From Sumerlaeia bacterium (GTDB lineage Bacteria > Sumerlaeota > Sumerlaeia > SLMS01 > JAHLLQ01): a stretch of DNA of 64,000 nt. The stretch spans positions 58,059 through 122,058 of the forward strand of contig JAVJSW010000065.1 of NCBI GenBank assembly GCA_040219255.1. The letters are read 5' to 3'. Positions 13,101 through 23,496 of the stretch are shown here, one piece after another; positions within the stretch are counted from its first letter, which is position 1, and each line of letters opens with the position of its first letter. Both the position numbers and the translations under genes were made by a program. The notes under the pieces are model-generated. The model was not told where the DNA came from. It ran no database searches and saw only the letters and a list, made by a program, of their open reading frames with translations.

Positions 13101-16100
13101 GCGCCCGGGGCGGGCAAGGCAAGGCGGAAAATGGCGGACGCCGCGCCGCCCGCGGGCATGGACTGGGGCAGCGACACGCGAAGCGGAACGCCCCCGTCGA
13201 TGCGCAGTTCGACCACGGCGCCGGTGGCGGAGGCGCCGCCGAGGTTGCGGACCACCGCACGAACTTCGAAGGACTCTCCGGCCAAAATCGGGCTGGGGAG
13301 GGAAATCGCCTGAGGCACCAGAACGAGATCGGGAAGATCGACGGCGAATGAGGGGCGCAACGTGACCGCCGCGCGGCCGGCGTTGTTGGCAAAGCTGCGC
13401 TCGGGCTGGGAACCGGTTTCAGCCTGGGCGCTGAGAAGATAAGTCCCTGGCGAACCGAAGAGCGGATCCTCGGCGGGCAGGCTGAAAACCACGTAGCCGG
13501 AGCCGCCCGGATTGAGCGTGTGGATAACCGAGAGCGGCTGATCCAGAAGAATCGCCGCATCCGGGTTTGCCGCCACGTCGCCTCGATAGAGGCGCAATGT
13601 GACCGTGTCGGCAGGAAACGCTGTTGAGCCGAGGTTCTGCACCCTGACGCGCACGGCCCAAGGCTCACCGAACAGAGGAGGTGCGAGGAGAAACTGGCCA
13701 GAAGCATTCAGGCGGCCGAAGGCGAGGTCGTTATTGGTGACCACGGCGTCGGGCAGAGCGCTCAGAGTCAGAATCGCCGTGTTGTTCGACTCGTCGAATT
13801 CCGAAACCTGGCGGGACCCATCGGCGTAGAAGTGGATGACTTGGCCGGTGGCTACGACGGGCACTTGGAGTGTGGCTTCATCGCCGGGGGCCAGGTTTAG
13901 GGCGGCCGGGCTGGTGCCGTAGCGGCTCGCCGCCAGTTCCGAGTCCGTGGCGCCCTCTGGCGCGATGCCGTGGGCCGAAACCACAAACTGGGGCGCGGGG
14001 GTTGTGCCTTCATTGCGCACCACGACTGGATAGACGGTGGCGCCGGTGGAGGAATTCTCGGTGGCGGTACCCACGGAGACGATGGACAATTCGGGGCGGA
14101 GCAAACGCAGCGCGAGAGCGGTGTCGAAGGCCGAGTCGTTCCAGGACCGATTTTCGAGTTGCTCGCCACGAAGCCAGCGGACGCCGTTACCAAGGCCTTC
14201 GAAATCGATGCGGCCGGCTTCCCAAAGCGCGGCCAGCGCCAGTGCGGTATCGGCCACCGAAGTGGTCAGCGGATAGGTGCTGTCCTGGCTGGCGGAATCG
14301 CCATAGGCACGCTCGTTGGGTTCGATGGTCTTGTGGACATTCAGGTAATCGGCGGCTTCGTCGAAGAGCGCGGTGAATTCGGGGAAGGACCCGATGCGGT
14401 CTTCCGCCAGAGCCATGGTGCGGACGATTTCCGAGGTGGTCCAGACGATGCGGCTGGCGTTGGCCGTGTCGGTGGGGCTCAGGCCCCAACCGGCGTAATC
14501 GGGGCCGGTCTGGTCGGACCACGCGCGTGAGCCAAAGTAATCGAGCAGGGTGGCGTTCGAGCCGCCCTCGAGGATTTCGTCGAGAACGCGGTCGTCCTCC
14601 AGCAAGCCGATCCGCATCGCCAGGGCGCTCGCCAGGAAGCTGGAACCGGCGGCGTCATAGGGCGCGTAACCGCCATCGAGGCCTCGGCGTAGCGAGGCGA
14701 GGGCAAAGCTTCGAGCCACAGCGGTGGCGTCCTCCACCGGAATCCAAGTCCGCGAGGCCGAGGAGTAGGTAGTCACCGAGATGTCGCGCCGGCCGCCGAG
14801 CAGCAGAGCCTCGGCGACGGTCATGCGAAGCGCCGGATCGGTGAGACGGCCCTCAATCAGGTCGGTGTAGAGGCGCGAAAGAGCGGCCTCCAGGGCTTGA
14901 CCAACGGTGGTGCGGACGCCGCGGGATTGCAGGGCGAGGTTGGACACACCGGACTCGTAGGTCAGATCGTAGTCGAGCAGCGTGACGACCACGGCGGCCG
15001 TTTCCTGAGCGCGGGCTCCAGGAACTTCGCGGCCCGGGTCGGAGCCCTCGGCGTGTGCCAGAGCGCGGCCGCCGGCTTGGGTCCAGGAACCGTACAGTTC
15101 GATGTCGTCGGGATTCTGGTTTTGAACGGACAGCAGCCAGTCGAGGGCGGTATCGGGCTGGGGGCCGCCGGTGGTGCCGACCTGCTGCCGATAGGGCGAA
15201 GGCGCGCTGGTATTGCCGAGGGCGTCGGTGCTGACGACTTCGATGATGTGACGACCGGGGCGCCACGCGGTCGAGTCGAAGGAAATGTCGAGTTCAATGG
15301 ACTCGGAATTGTAATCGGTCTGGACAGCCGTCGCGAGGAGAGTACCGCCGAAGTTCACTTCGTAGGTGGCCGGCAGGCTGTGCTCGCGCAGGGGACCGGC
15401 GACGGGAATGCGGAGGAACACATCGTAAACGCCATCGAGGGTTCCGCTCGTGACAACGGAACCGTCGGCGAGGCTGAGGAATTCGACCTGGATCACACGC
15501 GGCGCGCGGCCATCGACGGTGAGGTCGACACTTCCCGCCACGCCAACGTCCTGGATACGGTCGCGGACGGTCAGCGGGGCCTCGATTTCGTCGCTCGTCG
15601 CCAAGGCGCGGAAGGTGCCGTTGGCATTCACTGACCCATTGGCCCCCGCGAGCCAGATCGGATCGAGGACGACGGGATTGCCGGCGGGGTCGAATCCAGC
15701 GGCGGAGAAGCGTTGGAATCCGGCGCTGGGAAGAACCACCGGGCCAGCCGGATCGACATTGATGCGGGCCAGCGGGCCGGGCGTATCGACATGAACGGTC
15801 AGGGCAGTGCTAAGGCGGCCACGTGCCGAATGGCGGGCTTCGAAGCGAGCGATGCCGAGCTTCCAGGCCTCGAACTGGAACGCCAGCGGGGTGGACCCGG
15901 CGTCGCGCAAAGCGTCCTGCGGGCTGCCGCTCAGGGAGGTGCTGAGGAAGGGAAGGTCGTCGGCGAGGGAATAGTCGTCTCCGTACTGATCGAAGCCGCG
16001 CAGGAAGGCGGGGAATGTCACGCCGCTGGAAAGTTCCTGGAAATCGGGAACGAGAGGTGTAGCTTGGAGCGGACCGCTGGTGGCCTCGGCGGCGAAGCGC

Positions 16101-19100
16101 AGGTTCCAAAGCACCGGCGGTTCCACAAAGACGATGGAGTCGTTGACCACGAAGGAGTAGTTGTTGGACGCGTCGAGGAACTGGGCGTAGAGGCTCTTCT
16201 CCGGTATGCCGGTCACCGCCAGATAGAGCGGGGAAATGGTGGGCGACGGGAACGTGTACCAGGTATGGGAAATGCCTGGCTGGACCTCGATATCGTCGCC
16301 AAACAAGAAAACTCGATTACCCAGGTTGCCATTGTTCAGGGCGACCTGGGCGGTGGTTTCCCATTGGTCGCCGAGAACGACTTCGTCGTTCCAATCGAGG
16401 AGGGCGCGGTCTTCGCCGTAAAGGGTTCGGATGCGGCTTGCCGTGAGGGGGGCTGTCACATTGCCCGCGGCGTCGCGCGCGCGCACCGCCCAGCGGGTTG
16501 TCTGGCTGCGGTCGAGACCGGCCAGGGTCCATTGGATCTCGTCAAACTCGCCTCCCCGCTCGAACTCGCGCTCGTCTGGAAGGGGAATAGCATACTGAGG
16601 AATTTCCAGGACCAGCTCGGCGCCGGGCTCTCCCGGGGCCGGAATACCGGTGAGCGAGTTCGATTTCCAGATTTCATAGACCACTTGGGAGAAAGCGGAG
16701 ACTCCCCCCCCGGCGTCGTAAGCGTAATCGAAAGTCAGGGTGGCTGTCGCGGAGGAAGCGGGGTCCACCGTTCGCGGCGGAACGATGCTGAACAAACCGG
16801 CAAAGGCCGGTGGCGTCGAATCGAGCGTGAGGCGAATCGCATTGGACTCAGCGGCGTTGCCAAACCGGTCTTTGCTGAGGGCGACGATTGCGTACTGGCC
16901 ATCGCCGGGCAACGCTGACAGGGAAAGAACCAGCTCCTCGGGTGTGTTCGCCCAATCGTTATAGGTCGCGAGCGATGTAGCCGTACCCGTGCGCTGGCCA
17001 AGGGAATTGAGCCGCCAGGCACGCACCTCGATATCGACCGATGTTTCATCCGTCGCGGGCCCCATTTGGTTCAGCGCGATCACCTCGTTGACCGGTGTCT
17101 TGGCTTGGCGGAGGGTGGGCGATGTCGGAGGCCCATCGCCTCCGAGGTCCAGCAATGCGGGACGCACGCGGGCGTGGGCGGGCGATTCGGAGTAGAGTCC
17201 GGCGAGTGGCGAATCGCCCTCAAGGCTAACCAAGACGGGAGCCTCCGGGGCCGTCCGGTCGGTGCGGAATTGCGTCGTGCTCCAGGGGGAAACGTTGGCC
17301 GGGGTCGCGCCGTCGGCGGCGCGCAGGTGCAGATAGAGCTGTGAATACTGATCGTAACTGAGCGGCAGCGGAATTTGCAGAGAGGTCTGCGTCCCGGGAA
17401 CGGCGTACTCGGCGAAAGCCGTCGCGCCCGGGTCAACGTTGGCGGAAACGGCAACGCGGTAGTTCGCGACGCCGGTGCTGATCGCGACCTTCTCGACGCG
17501 GTGGAGCGAAATGTTGTCGTAGAAGACCTGGCCTTCATTTGAGTCGCGAATCTTTTCTAAGCCAACGCTGATGTAAAGCTCTTCAAATTGCGTAGCTGGC
17601 AACGTGAACCCGAGAGTATGCTCGGTCATGCTCCGGTCGGTGGCCACCGCTGGATACTGAATCGCGAGGACCGGTCCGTCCTCTGACCCGGTGGTCACCT
17701 TGACGAAGGGAATGCCGTCGCTGCGAGGGTCCTGCGCCACGGAGTATCGGATCATGTAGTGGTCCGATACCTCCAGTTCCCGCGCGTCGAAGTAAGTGAC
17801 GGCGGCCACTTGTGCTTCCCGCTCCAGAAATAGGCGCAACCAATGGCGTTCCGAGCCAATCGGCACGTTGGGCGAACGGACGGACTCGATGATGGCGCTC
17901 CCAAAGCCTCCCCCACCACGGTAGTAGAAGCGGCCAAGGCTCGAACCGGGTCCGTTTTCCTCGAAACGGCCGCGATTCCCCAGCAAATCGTCGGAGGGAA
18001 GACCATGATCGTCGGAGGCGATCAACGCGTAATAAATATTGTCCGCTGGGATGGCGGGGTCGCTGGCGGCAAGCCAAGAAACATTCATATCGAGAGTGGT
18101 TGCGAATCCACTCGTAAGTGGTCCAATACTGGAGAAAATGGGTTGGGTCGGCAGGCCGGAATCGGAAACATCACTATCAAGATAGCAGCCCGCAGAGGCG
18201 GCGGATGGATTGGCTCCGTTCTCACACGAAACGCCATCGATTACGCTGACTGCGTCATCGGCTAAAACAAACTCGCTTTCCCCTTCATTCGCGCGATAAA
18301 CCGTGATCGCTTCCAGGTTGCCATCGAAGACTCTTCCAGTCCAATCGAGAATGACGTTCAGAGGCGCGAACGATCCAAGGGAGGAGGCTTGAGAGGCCAG
18401 AAAGCTGGAAATCCGAGGGGCAAGGTTCAGGTTAATCGGACGGCTTCGATAGGGGAGAAAGTTACTGAGAAGGCGAGAGGAAGATGACGTGGTTGATCGG
18501 GCAAAACGCCAGTTGATTGTCTTCGTTCCTTCCCCCCCGCTCAAATACGCATAGAAATCCAGCCCCCGCCCGCGAAGACCGGCAAGGGAGATATTGCCCG
18601 ACAAATCCGTGTCCGCATTCAGCCGGTCCGCGGGGTCCGACTGGAAGCGGGCCCATCGATGGTCAAGCGTATCGTGTCCATCGTTCTCGATGATCAATCC
18701 ATCGTTGTATCGAAGGAAGTTCAAGGTGGCGATGGGATAAAGAAGTATCTGCGAAACACTACCACCCGCTTTCCCTTTCCAATGGGGAAGCGGGTTCATA
18801 CGAGTCAGTTGATTCGCACGCCACACACCAGCGGATTGTTCGTTATAGAGCTGAAGGGATTCCTGTGGAGTTGCTGGAGAATTCGGATCATAGAAGCGCA
18901 TGCGGAAAAGCCGATTGAGGGCTCCTCCCGTACGACCATTCGATTCATCGGAATAGACGACGCCGAGGCGCCTTCCGTCATCCCAATGAAATGCTTGACC
19001 CAAACCCGAATTGTAGATAGGAGAAGAGAATGAATTGACGGAGGGTCTTCCCGCGCCGTCCAAACCAATTCGGAAGACATTTTGTCTCAACACGTTGTCA

Positions 19101-20845
19101 GTGCCGCGCAGCGTGAGCGAAACATAGGAAGGCGTGCGGGCATCGCCTGATTCGTCCAAGAGCGCTGGGAGGAGGAACAAATCGGCGAAGGAGAAATAAT
19201 CCTGTGTGCTGGCATCCTGATCGACGAATATCGTCGCTTCGCTCCAGGGTGAAGCAGGTGTTGCCGGATTGAAGCCACGGATTGCGAATTTTGGCCGAGC
19301 CTCTGTCGCTTCCGGCAATTGGTACGCGACTAAGAGCCGGTCTCCGTGCCAGGCCAGGCCTCCCCAGTCACCAAAACTGAAGTTCTGTCCGTTGTAGGTC
19401 TTTTCAACCTGTCGCCAGGTGATCGCGCTTCCAACCACAGAGCCCTCCCACATACGAGATTGGCCATTGGCGAGAGACTCGAAAAAGTAGACTTTTCCGT
19501 TGGTGCCGTAGCTGGCTCGAAGCCCGCTGTTGAAAAGGGTGTAATCCGTATTGTTGCTGAAGTTTTCGGAAATGACAGTGCTAATCTCACTAAATTGACC
19601 GTTAGCAGGATTGTATTCGCGATACTTCAACGCCTTTGTTGTCGCAGTCCCTTGATCGATACGCCACTGTGCCGGCCGTTCTCGCCAAAGCAATGTGATG
19701 CGCTCGTCTGAATCGGAAAGCCGCCGTGTTCCAAGACCATACGGAATCCAAAGCGTCTCGCTGACCGTATACGGATTGAGGCTTGGCTGTGAGGCGATCA
19801 AAATCGCGGGGTCCGGTTCGGAAGCGCCAGCCCGCCACTGGACCAAGTACAATTGAATCGTGTTATCGAAAGTACGACGCCGCGCGAACAGCCATAGATC
19901 TCCGTCCTTGTCCTGTACGCTTTGGAAGGAAGAAAATGCCACTTCGCCATTGTGATCAAACGGCTCGATAATGGGAGAGCTAATTAACTCCGGAGGCATG
20001 ATATCGTGCGACACGTTCGAGTGGGTAAATGAAGTCCCGGTGTAGAGAGCGTGGTTTTGAAGTTGCAGGGTAAAGCTTAGGTTTTTGCTGCGCGGTGGAA
20101 TGACAACGGGATAACCGCCCAGGCTCGACTTTTGAACGTCCGCGCTGCCGGGCACCAGAGTGTAGGAGGAAAAGAGAATGTCGTCGAAATCCGCCTCACC
20201 CTGAACCTGTAGATCGAAGCTTCTGAGACGGATGTTCGTGATACCATAAAAAAACTGACTTGAATTGTCTCTGAGATCTTGAACCAGCTCGCGCTCGATC
20301 CATACCCAAGAAGCTCCCGAAGGCGGGTCAAATGTTTGAATCACGATGTTCGAACCCGAGGAACCGGTCGATTGATCGGAGCGATAACTGATGTTGAATG
20401 TTTGCATAACAGGAACGACAATACCTATATTGTACAAGTACGTAACGTCCGCTTGTATCGTAAAATTATAATCCGCCGTGTTCGGCTTGAGGTGCATCGA
20501 GAAATAGGGAGTGGCCACTTCGGCGCCGTCTTGTTGAACCGGGACGATCGACCGCGTGGCCTGCAAGTCCCGGGCGCGATAGACATGGCTGCGTCGCGAA
20601 TTATCCCAAACGGTATCGAAGGTATCGCCTTGATCTTGCCACTGTTGCTGCGTTTCCGCATCGTCGAATGCGAGGATGGGTCCGGCCTGCTCGGGAAGCG
20701 GCCAGGGCCAGGGAATCCCCGCCTCCATGTGGTAGTCCTGAGCGAGGGACTGACCGAAACACACCGCGACAACGGCGGTGAGGCAAAGCCGCACCACCCG
20801 GGCATGAGTTGGACCGAAGAGTTTCGAGCACGCAAAACCGGACAT
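1199..20845 (-). CDS. Giant secreted multidomain surface protein/adhesin (~6,550 aa): FN3/Ig, QW-repeat alpha/alpha toroid, CARDB repeats, vWA, Ig-like repeats, PT linkers, choice-of-anchor A, 2x CBM3
   Basis: Single 19.7-kb ORF (track start 20878; ATG 20845 has GAGGA ~10 nt upstream and a signal peptide ending SLA|Q). Motifs: [11 protein letters not shown]...[12 protein letters not shown] (toroid), repeated PDL...N.G...DP.N.I.E.DE.NN (CARDB), [11 protein letters not shown] (vWA), DRTPP repeats, FNVLIFGD...[10 protein letters not shown] (choice-of-anchor A), RLYFDLSE...NDP...IPVY...VFG..P twice (CBM3). Confidence 0.9.
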   Translation of the reverse strand: MSGFACSKLFGPTHARVVRLCLTAVVAVCFGQSLAQDYHMEAGIPWPWPLPEQAGPILAFDDAETQQQWQDQGDTFDTVWDNSRRSHVYRARDLQATRSIVPVQQDGAEVATPYFSMHLKPNTADYNFTIQADVTYLYNIGIVVPVMQTFNISYRSDQSTGSSGSNIVIQTFDPPSGASWVWIERELVQDLRDNSSQFFYGITNIRLRSFDLQVQGEADFDDILFSSYTLVPGSADVQKSSLGGYPVVIPPRSKNLSFTLQLQNHALYTGTSFTHSNVSHDIMPPELISSPIIEPFDHNGEVAFSSFQSVQDKDGDLWLFARRRTFDNTIQLYLVQWRAGASEPDPAILIASQPSLNPYTVSETLWIPYGLGTRRLSDSDERITLLWRERPAQWRIDQGTATTKALKYREYNPANGQFSEISTVISENFSNNTDYTLFNSGLRASYGTNGKVYFFESLANGQSRMWEGSVVGSAITWRQVEKTYNGQNFSFGDWGGLAWHGDRLLVAYQLPEATEARPKFAIRGFNPATPASPWSEATIFVDQDASTQDYFSFADLFLLPALLDESGDARTPSYVSLTLRGTDNVLRQNVFRIGLDGAGRPSVNSFSSPIYNSGLGQAFHWDDGRRLGVVYSDESNGRTGGALNRLFRMRFYDPNSPATPQESLQLYNEQSAGVWRANQLTRMNPLPHWKGKAGGSVSQILLYPIATLNFLRYNDGLIIENDGHDTLDHRWARFQSDPADRLNADTDLSGNISLAGLRGRGLDFYAYLSGGEGTKTINWRFARSTTSSSSRLLSNFLPYRSRPINLNLAPRISSFLASQASSLGSFAPLNVILDWTGRVFDGNLEAITVYRANEGESEFVLADDAVSVIDGVSCENGANPSAASAGCYLDSDVSDSGLPTQPIFSSIGPLTSGFATTLDMNVSWLAASDPAIPADNIYYALIASDDHGLPSDDLLGNRGRFEENGPGSSLGRFYYRGGGGFGSAIIESVRSPNVPIGSERHWLRLFLEREAQVAAVTYFDARELEVSDHYMIRYSVAQDPRSDGIPFVKVTTGSEDGPVLAIQYPAVATDRSMTEHTLGFTLPATQFEELYISVGLEKIRDSNEGQVFYDNISLHRVEKVAISTGVANYRVAVSANVDPGATAFAEYAVPGTQTSLQIPLPLSYDQYSQLYLHLRAADGATPANVSPWSTTQFRTDRTAPEAPVLVSLEGDSPLAGLYSESPAHARVRPALLDLGGDGPPTSPTLRQAKTPVNEVIALNQMGPATDETSVDIEVRAWRLNSLGQRTGTATSLATYNDWANTPEELVLSLSALPGDGQYAIVALSKDRFGNAAESNAIRLTLDSTPPAFAGLFSIVPPRTVDPASSATATLTFDYAYDAGGGVSAFSQVVYEIWKSNSLTGIPAPGEPGAELVLEIPQYAIPLPDEREFERGGEFDEIQWTLAGLDRSQTTRWAVRARDAAGNVTAPLTASRIRTLYGEDRALLDWNDEVVLGDQWETTAQVALNNGNLGNRVFLFGDDIEVQPGISHTWYTFPSPTISPLYLAVTGIPEKSLYAQFLDASNNYSFVVNDSIVFVEPPVLWNLRFAAEATSGPLQATPLVPDFQELSSGVTFPAFLRGFDQYGDDYSLADDLPFLSTSLSGSPQDALRDAGSTPLAFQFEAWKLGIARFEARHSARGRLSTALTVHVDTPGPLARINVDPAGPVVLPSAGFQRFSAAGFDPAGNPVVLDPIWLAGANGSVNANGTFRALATSDEIEAPLTVRDRIQDVGVAGSVDLTVDGRAPRVIQVEFLSLADGSVVTSGTLDGVYDVFLRIPVAGPLREHSLPATYEVNFGGTLLATAVQTDYNSESIELDISFDSTAWRPGRHIIEVVSTDALGNTSAPSPYRQQVGTTGGPQPDTALDWLLSVQNQNPDDIELYGSWTQAGGRALAHAEGSDPGREVPGARAQETAAVVVTLLDYDLTYESGVSNLALQSRGVRTTVGQALEAALSRLYTDLIEGRLTDPALRMTVAEALLLGGRRDISVTTYSSASRTWIPVEDATAVARSFALASLRRGLDGGYAPYDAAGSSFLASALAMRIGLLEDDRVLDEILEGGSNATLLDYFGSRAWSDQTGPDYAGWGLSPTDTANASRIVWTTSEIVRTMALAEDRIGSFPEFTALFDEAADYLNVHKTIEPNERAYGDSASQDSTYPLTTSVADTALALAALWEAGRIDFEGLGNGVRWLRGEQLENRSWNDSAFDTALALRLLRPELSIVSVGTATENSSTGATVYPVVVRNEGTTPAPQFVVSAHGIAPEGATDSELAASRYGTSPAALNLAPGDEATLQVPVVATGQVIHFYADGSRQVSEFDESNNTAILTLSALPDAVVTNNDLAFGRLNASGQFLLAPPLFGEPWAVRVRVQNLGSTAFPADTVTLRLYRGDVAANPDAAILLDQPLSVIHTLNPGGSGYVVFSLPAEDPLFGSPGTYLLSAQAETGSQPERSFANNAGRAAVTLRPSFAVDLPDLVLVPQAISLPSPILAGESFEVRAVVRNLGGASATGAVVELRIDGGVPLRVSLPQSMPAGGAASAIFRLALPAPGASLRFEVDPDNVIAEGDESNNIASAGAAVLDPSAETTYDLALSPERFELLSEGGGLWTLRIGVENTSGTVTYPGLGDVPFLTLTEDGGGELGVQAVNKRLQPTQVWWAQFEGLALIEGLNVIHVDLAGNADASPFNDSMTLNIEITPFTGETSTNLRMLGLELIPALGTLQGDSAAFPAEAVLTLENQASQPFTNVEVQLVRDESGEILWGDVLESLEARTTLELRIQNVPLPVGVSTLCAVADPLSAIIESDENDNRACSPAVIQDDPSRPAPDLAFETGSVRALQTADFTLVSAIVTNGFAANPPRGVTVPFAFEVREGSATGALLGRVSVSPMAGGAARQVSLVIDPPAPAGANLVLLLDADLAVEESNEENNSSSYRLWRIQPPADVDAYAFLDSASLTWSDPVVSDPVADLPFSEILGYRVVRLSGGEIERIAFIDRSATAGSPYTFEETGLALNQAYEYRVATISRTGLESADISAPFQSGERAAITRVSRGSTTIQNGAFVPVLADGSAGLLAIAATAPGAESVALYKNGQFLRELTRQSDGSWSATGVAAAIGENRFFVRPSATFGGEPVSGPASQIFRAIFSTGVDLGVSPITIRVDQFNGNGWSELESPERAVALSPGTPIRIRTDITNYESVPSGPFNAQVRLYAVNLATNQPFLAGTFSQRLTGGIAGGATFEFKSDNREFFTGVPSDTAFYIPIEGNVNRIEVEVDLQDEVAETIETNNLAERDLADCNAYADIMILFDNSGSMGGGPGSLMDNSKVAIANFVQSLDPLLHRVGLIRYRLDNEAELVTELVNPLEFPYAELAELNAWSDDRLDLAFYLSHQYLTPPPAPSATGAREGVRKIIVIVQDAQTTEETEFRAAAETKKYLKAITGGLEPLILDLHMSYGEGFRSEDRRILESHFTSNIDVEIVDFQNQLSSYPFCVYPYSAFGAQSQVSYTPFPAMYVTRDGLRNDCALNGNGLYYDYTSCPYDSCGYRGVPFHIVGGTQITVPGEIVNYPHTQQVASFRVDRPAEVFLLVDRNADAAKLPWIASEGFQPYPPPGGALTYVPDVRVRYRDLSGNLNFTRNLRTYYKAVGPADTNPVRLFGAGNPGVIPSDRIYDYQYGVVVVGKAPGDPYMLDIDASDPANLEVAFDEFLDVICLIGGPGGAEADLVPSFYDPAAQGSGGDLGFPDGRPAIGETARLVGVVENSGDLPLVNVFARFSRILADDSIQPVSPWIALGDLPGQAVKPVSVLFTNDRISGLEGLVLDVTTSTVEDTANNRAFMPLSQTLPADAPNLRWNPTFTANGFSLVCGSDQRIPIRWGEQDTIEVVTQLVNDGPSDIPSAQVRRDSLPVQEIGLRGLGETPYRFAVPVASLSFADPVLDFRLSADPNNVIAEFRENDNLLDCEQEVQFLFHDAIVVSATPEPDYENGRVLVRATIERSAAANAYAFSRTAVALYEGNVTGQVEAGVANGLIYDEDIVEWQPSDPARQDVVLEYEVDGRNTFTLTVVADPYDALNEHPAVGRFNNSRLVTQSRPPLPNLYVDGFGVNGGSTREQGPDANIIIEWGLDQNFAGQPDGFDTRLRLWQGFPGDPGSVIVDELFKFVYDDRGNYHDFYWPTADKLGPYTFYIELDPSDHLAARSLAGTAGRTPALAQGVAGDFAIAPQLASPGAEPWSITVAVADGPDTLTYTSVAEWSSESGTTIRMPAFAAGAGPVLLLLDSAGELPVFQPGDTIDLELAVVDDPTATTPTLQVLSVQAALPASLGSAAQSAVALWVGADGSTYFANAQHLAGDFNYPAAPQDAARVNLGADRAMNDAAGLLTETNENDNIAVANVTIVEGSTVDIAVTAFEVSPETYFPGDLVPTTVTLRNRFSTHNTGFWLEFRAQTAAAPYFHRIPVSGGWAINEDRTFVLDLPTAGLLGDALGRLPVFAVANISDAYPGNNTVQRAINLASSSTDLFLSAPQPSSLFAGGDVAFQVELFTHDSFFGSIDLVVQNAAGGFVAEVPAPSLAHRQYAQDVPGPVDLTWNTTGLTPGDYRIAGVAIDDATSETRASALSAPFTIIPRIELLVDVEPDRRYYDQGQPVQITAVVTNGSPSEALPAGTLLSLSATDALGTHYEPASVTTLAALLPGESATVNWVLDFLPEQDYIVAAQATNTARALSAADSAPFTVGPADLLPAEELHLLTLAGLPMPNYVNSFEASLAVSSVGEFPLEVGTDEMAVREGSRPLALVNLAPLNYLAKLPLAYSVEMPQPIAVRPRQDYAFGAVLGRDANRATSVTLIQTNVAGREVGERLTLTPQGAFSGVERLEGTLTTHRTTRFLRLVAETVDPRIELQLSDIQVNPGTVPSQTRPAPSPDPYSALWTPYDSALPWMLADDLGDGPRTVHARTRTRFEVVSPEPVIDLLAGDSPATVTLAVNGQLADPAVLFDGNMTTPLAHRDFVLDLEFPDVVTADSLALWSTAQSLIYEVRVEGSLDGRIYFPVSYYFADDAPGIGSWTFDASGTWRFWRVEALGYDGAATELSFRGLARPNADTVIVDRTPPAVALQRLTPSPTNAGEVAFRATTSDNLSGVESRSLQSLLGITPYGPDPASLDLSLPLPEGDQSLIFSATDAAGNTNSATAFVLVDRTPPFLTLDKPEYILTNSTDLGFTGFTSDSLSGVASVERRVLEDGPTWTEVATADGPFAVPVGFYPEGIYSLEVQSTDHAQNTAGPRTITFAIDRTPPLISITHPAAVDYWFNAATAPVALTWTSADDDVATSEGLLARTEFEGGDDPLRTVSSGDYAIEDGVYFLEVNGRDFAGNVAPTTSTLFAIDTVAPVVAITAVDQPSAYDGAVTLSGTADEVTPGSGLMEVFARIDGGAWQWLLTADGADHADWTLPLDLQIGVHTIEIQAFDIAGNPSALASETITVLEVTPTPTPTPTPTPTPTPTPTPTPTPTATETPTPTPTPTDTPTPTPTPTPTDTPTPTPTPTPTSTETPTPTPTETPTPTSTPTPTDTPTPTPTPTPTETPTPTPTPTPTPTDTPTPTPTPTETPTPTPTPTDTPTPTPTETPTPTPTPAPCEWPTGLIGDAAVVALGDVDLRGSTVLNDGFDGWYEGTLLVRGDALIRGTMQAGLVRAGGEIDQRGSTTATNVAYDPAIAALDLPSADFSAFAVDSAADRTLQGTSTLAPGVYRDVTVKKNGRLTLEPGIYAFRKLAFESSASVHIAGATGTAHLFARDGLSTKGASSFNATGIWDDSDRLSIYVGDGALIHFKGAVTASMVLYAPGADLDFDGSGRFDGGALVVRNIEAKNAFWVGANGPNEFEGCTEPTPTPTPTPTETPTPTATSTPTPTATPTPTPTGTPSPCSANPLDIATDFNVLIFGDVVQNGTDVEGRFAIGGNATLSSYSVGDRLPFAGNARDDLIVGGHLTFSNGAVPNGALAYGLSAQIAGNTSFGGDVRQATPFDFAAAEAQMLALSDAWAALPANGQVEINYWGGSTAQIVLTGTDPNTNVFDVPSNDLWSANTLAIDVPAGASAILNVRGAANARMRQFGFDLRNGATRERIVYNFPDATHVSLDGVGIQGALLAPHADMAFDNGVIYGTLVGASLTGYGQSNHHPSSLCNPLPGGGTPTPTATPTPTPTPSATVTPSPTPTDTPTPSPSPTPISASLEMQAALQGWTGSKQETQYKLRLRNTGASPYANVSARLYFDLSEVIAAGLSASHVVTDVFWSQCGSVSLSPPQPWSGDIYYVQVDWNQDIGAGQTCELQLRPRLSGWQQSWNGANDPAFQDLTTSFAPAPNIPVYVEGQLVFGTQPGTTSSNTPHQVPPPPTPELPEDALRVTAKVTGENAQQTSYHLRVHNESAMAAENITARFFIDTSEVTASGIDTSQVTVDIFWSKCGTVLPATLQRYGGGSLAFVDLRWETPIPAGEVCDLKMRLRLADWKANWDGANDPSREGISSQWVDTPDIPLYQDDLLLFGRTP
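2157..2264 (-). repeat. Pro/Thr(Ser) linker between choice-of-anchor A domain and CBM3 pair
   Basis: [36 protein letters not shown] in the giant ORF. Confidence 0.9.
3064..3170 (-). repeat. Pro/Thr linker
   Basis: [35 protein letters not shown] in the giant ORF. Confidence 0.9.
3921..4362 (-). repeat. Long (PT)n linker, ~145 aa, punctuated by TE/TD
   Basis: Degenerate 6-nt periodic repeat encoding TPTPTP...TETP...TDTP with varied third codon positions. Confidence 0.95.
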
Positions 20846-21179
20846 CGCAGACGGATCCTCGATAGGCGGGCAAGTCATGCGGAATCCAAAGAATTCTTGG
20901 ATGCAATGACTTGCGTATAGATCAATGGCGAATTGAGTTGCTAGCCGCTCCTCGCCGGTGAATCAACGCGAAATCGACCCCGCAGATGAATTTTTACGAG
21001 AACTAAATGAAACCCTTTGCTGACAGCACCGGACGGCTACGTCTCGGGTTCGATTGCGGATCGTGCCGAGGACACAATCCGGGGAAGTGACCGCCGCATC
21101 ACACTCGCCCCGAAAATGCCCGGCTTCGAATTCACCGTCGATTTATGGCGGCGAATGGACGGGCCGAAAATATTCGTGG

Positions 21180-22319
21180 TTACCGCGAAGCGACATCTGG
21201 TGCTATGCGCGCCGCGCTCTCTGGTATGGACGGAGGGTTGGCCAGGCGCCGTTTCAGGTCATCCAGGATTGCCCGCGAGGGAAACAGGAGGTCGCGGTTT
21301 GGGGCCGGTTTCAGCGCGGTGTAGATCCGGAGAAACGCGTCGATCTTCTCCCCATCGAATTCGCTTAGCACGGCCGTCTCGCCCAATCCCTCCCGGCGCT
21401 CGGTTCGCATCCGCAGGAGCAAGCACGGCTTGCCGAGATAGTGGCATTCTTCCTGATTGCTGCCTCCGTCGGTCGCCAGGAATTCGCTTTTCGACACCAG
21501 CTTGATGAAGCTGAAGTAATCGTATCGAGGACGCAGTTCGATGTTCGGATTGCGACTTAGCCGCTCCATCAGACCCCGCTTTTCGAGTTGCCGCCGGGTG
21601 GGGGGATGAAGGATAAACAAAAGGGGCAGGCGTTCGGCGATAAGCTCCGCTATTTCAACGATGCGTATCAGCGTCTCAGTGCGAAAGACATTCTCGAAAC
21701 GATGGGTGGAAAAGACGCAGAAGGGTTCGTTTGGCAGAGCGATTTCGATGGCTGACTCCTTCTCCTTAGCAAGACGGAGGGAGTCCAAAAGCGTATTCGC
21801 CAGGGTGTCGATCTTTTCGCCGCGAAACTTCCTAAGGTTTTCGACCGCCCATGATCCAGGACAATAGTAGATGTGAGCCAGGTAAAAAGTCAGAATGCGA
21901 ACGAATTCTTCCGGAAAGGGGTGGAATAGGTCAAACGACCTGAGCCCCGATTCGACGTGGGCGACGCGATGGCTATGGAGGCGTCCGAGAAGCGCCCCGA
22001 GCAGGCAAGAGAACGTATCGCCGTGGACCAGAACGATCCCCTTGCGGTCTTCCTGGAAAATCCGCCGGCGCTGGCGCAAGCTTTGAAAGAGGACTTTGAC
22101 GATCCACAACGCCATCGCCGGGATACTCTTGATGTCCTTCCCCTCGTGAAGGATCACATCCGGATCGCGAACGTTGAAGTTCTCGCGCAGATCGCGGATG
22201 GTTTCATGGTGCTGGCCGGTGAAGATGAAGTTCCAGGGCATGCCCTCGCGCTCCAGCAGGTCCATCAGGGGGCCCATCTTGATCAATTGGGCTTTCGTGC
22301 CGATAACGACGTGAATCAC
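21180..22319 (-). CDS. UDP-N-acetylglucosamine 2-epimerase (non-hydrolysing, WecB-like)
   Basis: GTKAQLIKM, TGQH, VHGDT, HVESGLRS, PFPEE, HRFEN, TDGGSNQEE and R..TER motifs. Confidence 0.88.
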   Translation of the reverse strand: MIHVVIGTKAQLIKMGPLMDLLEREGMPWNFIFTGQHHETIRDLRENFNVRDPDVILHEGKDIKSIPAMALWIVKVLFQSLRQRRRIFQEDRKGIVLVHGDTFSCLLGALLGRLHSHRVAHVESGLRSFDLFHPFPEEFVRILTFYLAHIYYCPGSWAVENLRKFRGEKIDTLANTLLDSLRLAKEKESAIEIALPNEPFCVFSTHRFENVFRTETLIRIVEIAELIAERLPLLFILHPPTRRQLEKRGLMERLSRNPNIELRPRYDYFSFIKLVSKSEFLATDGGSNQEECHYLGKPCLLLRMRTERREGLGETAVLSEFDGEKIDAFLRIYTALKPAPNRDLLFPSRAILDDLKRRLANPPSIPESAARIAPDVASR

Positions 22320-22503
22320 GGTGCTGGACGCATTCCCTCAGAATTGGCGCGGTCTTGCCGCCGGAGCCACCAAACCCTTCACAAGACAGCCCGGGATCAC
22401 AAGGAGGAAGGGCCGCTCCGCGAGGTTTCCCTTGCCCCATCGCCACGTCCTGCGGGGGTTTGAGAATAGAGACTTTGGCCCCGGAAGAAATGGAAATCGC
22501 GCG

Positions 22504-23496
22504 ATGCATTTGGTCGTCGTCATGCCAGCTTTGAACGAAGCCGCCACCATCGCTGACGTGGTGCGCGCCGTGCCACGGGACATCGCCAGCATCGACCGTG
22601 TTTCGGTGATTGTGGTGGACGATGGATCGACCGACGCGACGGCCGCTGAGGCTCGATCCGCCGGAGCCAAAGTGGTCAGCCACGGGCGCAACCTGGGCCT
22701 GGGGCGCGCCTTTGCCACGGGGGTGGATGCGGCTCTGAAAGCCGGGGCGGACCTGATGGTGAACATCGACAGCGATGGCCAATTCAACCCTGGAACCATC
22801 CCGCGTCTGATCGCGCCCATCCTGGAAGGCAAAGCCGATTTTGTGAGTTGCAGCCGCTTTGGCGATCCGGCCCTCGTGCCGGTCATGCCCGCGGTCAAGC
22901 TCTGGGGGAACCGCCAGATGACGCGGCTGGTGAACCTGATCGTGCGGCCGCGCAAGAAATTCACCGACGTCAGTTGCGGGTTCCGCGCTTACACGCGGGA
23001 GACGCTTCTGCGGCTTAACCTCTACGGCAGCTTCACTTACACTCAGGAAACCTTCACCGATCTGGCCTATAAGGGCCTGCGCATGGAGGAGGTTCCGCTG
23101 CCGGTGCGCGGCGTGCGTCAGTTCGGCCAATCGCGGGTCGCCCGCAACCTGTGGAACTACGCGCTCCAGACCAGCACGATTCTCCTGCGCTCGCTGCGCG
23201 ATTATCGGCCGCTGTTTTTCTTCGGCGTCCTCAGCGCCGCCTTCATGATTCTCGCCTTGGCCCAGCTAGGCGTCGTCACGATCCATTGGCTCGGCACCGG
23301 TAAGACCACTCCGTTCACCTCGCTCATCGTCACCGGCAGCACCACCTTCCTCTCCTCAATCCTGCTCCTGGCCGTGGCACTTCTGGCCGACATGCAAGGC
23401 CGCTCGCGGCGGATCCAGGAGCAACTCCTCTATCTGGCCAAGCGCGCGTATTACGATCAGTCTTCCGAGTCCGTCAAGGGTTCGACCAACCAATGA
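22504..23496 (+). CDS. GT2 glycosyltransferase, DPM1/polyprenyl-phosphate sugar synthase-like, with two C-terminal TM helices
   Basis: VVVMPALNE, VVDDGSTD, NLGLG, NIDSDGQ, DVSCGFRAY. Start set at ATG 22504; the track's upstream extension looks non-coding. Confidence 0.9.
   Translation: MHLVVVMPALNEAATIADVVRAVPRDIASIDRVSVIVVDDGSTDATAAEARSAGAKVVSHGRNLGLGRAFATGVDAALKAGADLMVNIDSDGQFNPGTIPRLIAPILEGKADFVSCSRFGDPALVPVMPAVKLWGNRQMTRLVNLIVRPRKKFTDVSCGFRAYTRETLLRLNLYGSFTYTQETFTDLAYKGLRMEEVPLPVRGVRQFGQSRVARNLWNYALQTSTILLRSLRDYRPLFFFGVLSAAFMILALAQLGVVTIHWLGTGKTTPFTSLIVTGSTTFLSSILLLAVALLADMQGRSRRIQEQLLYLAKRAYYDQSSESVKGSTNQ

Noticed and set aside
14095-15160. Squalene-hopene cyclase or thioester-protein call for the toroid
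   Set aside because: No DxDD cyclase motif and no CxEQ thioester motif seen; only the fold repeat is supported.
4910-16918. Long plus-strand ORFs (638, 665, 859, 401 aa and others)
   Set aside because: Antisense shadows of the GC-rich giant gene.
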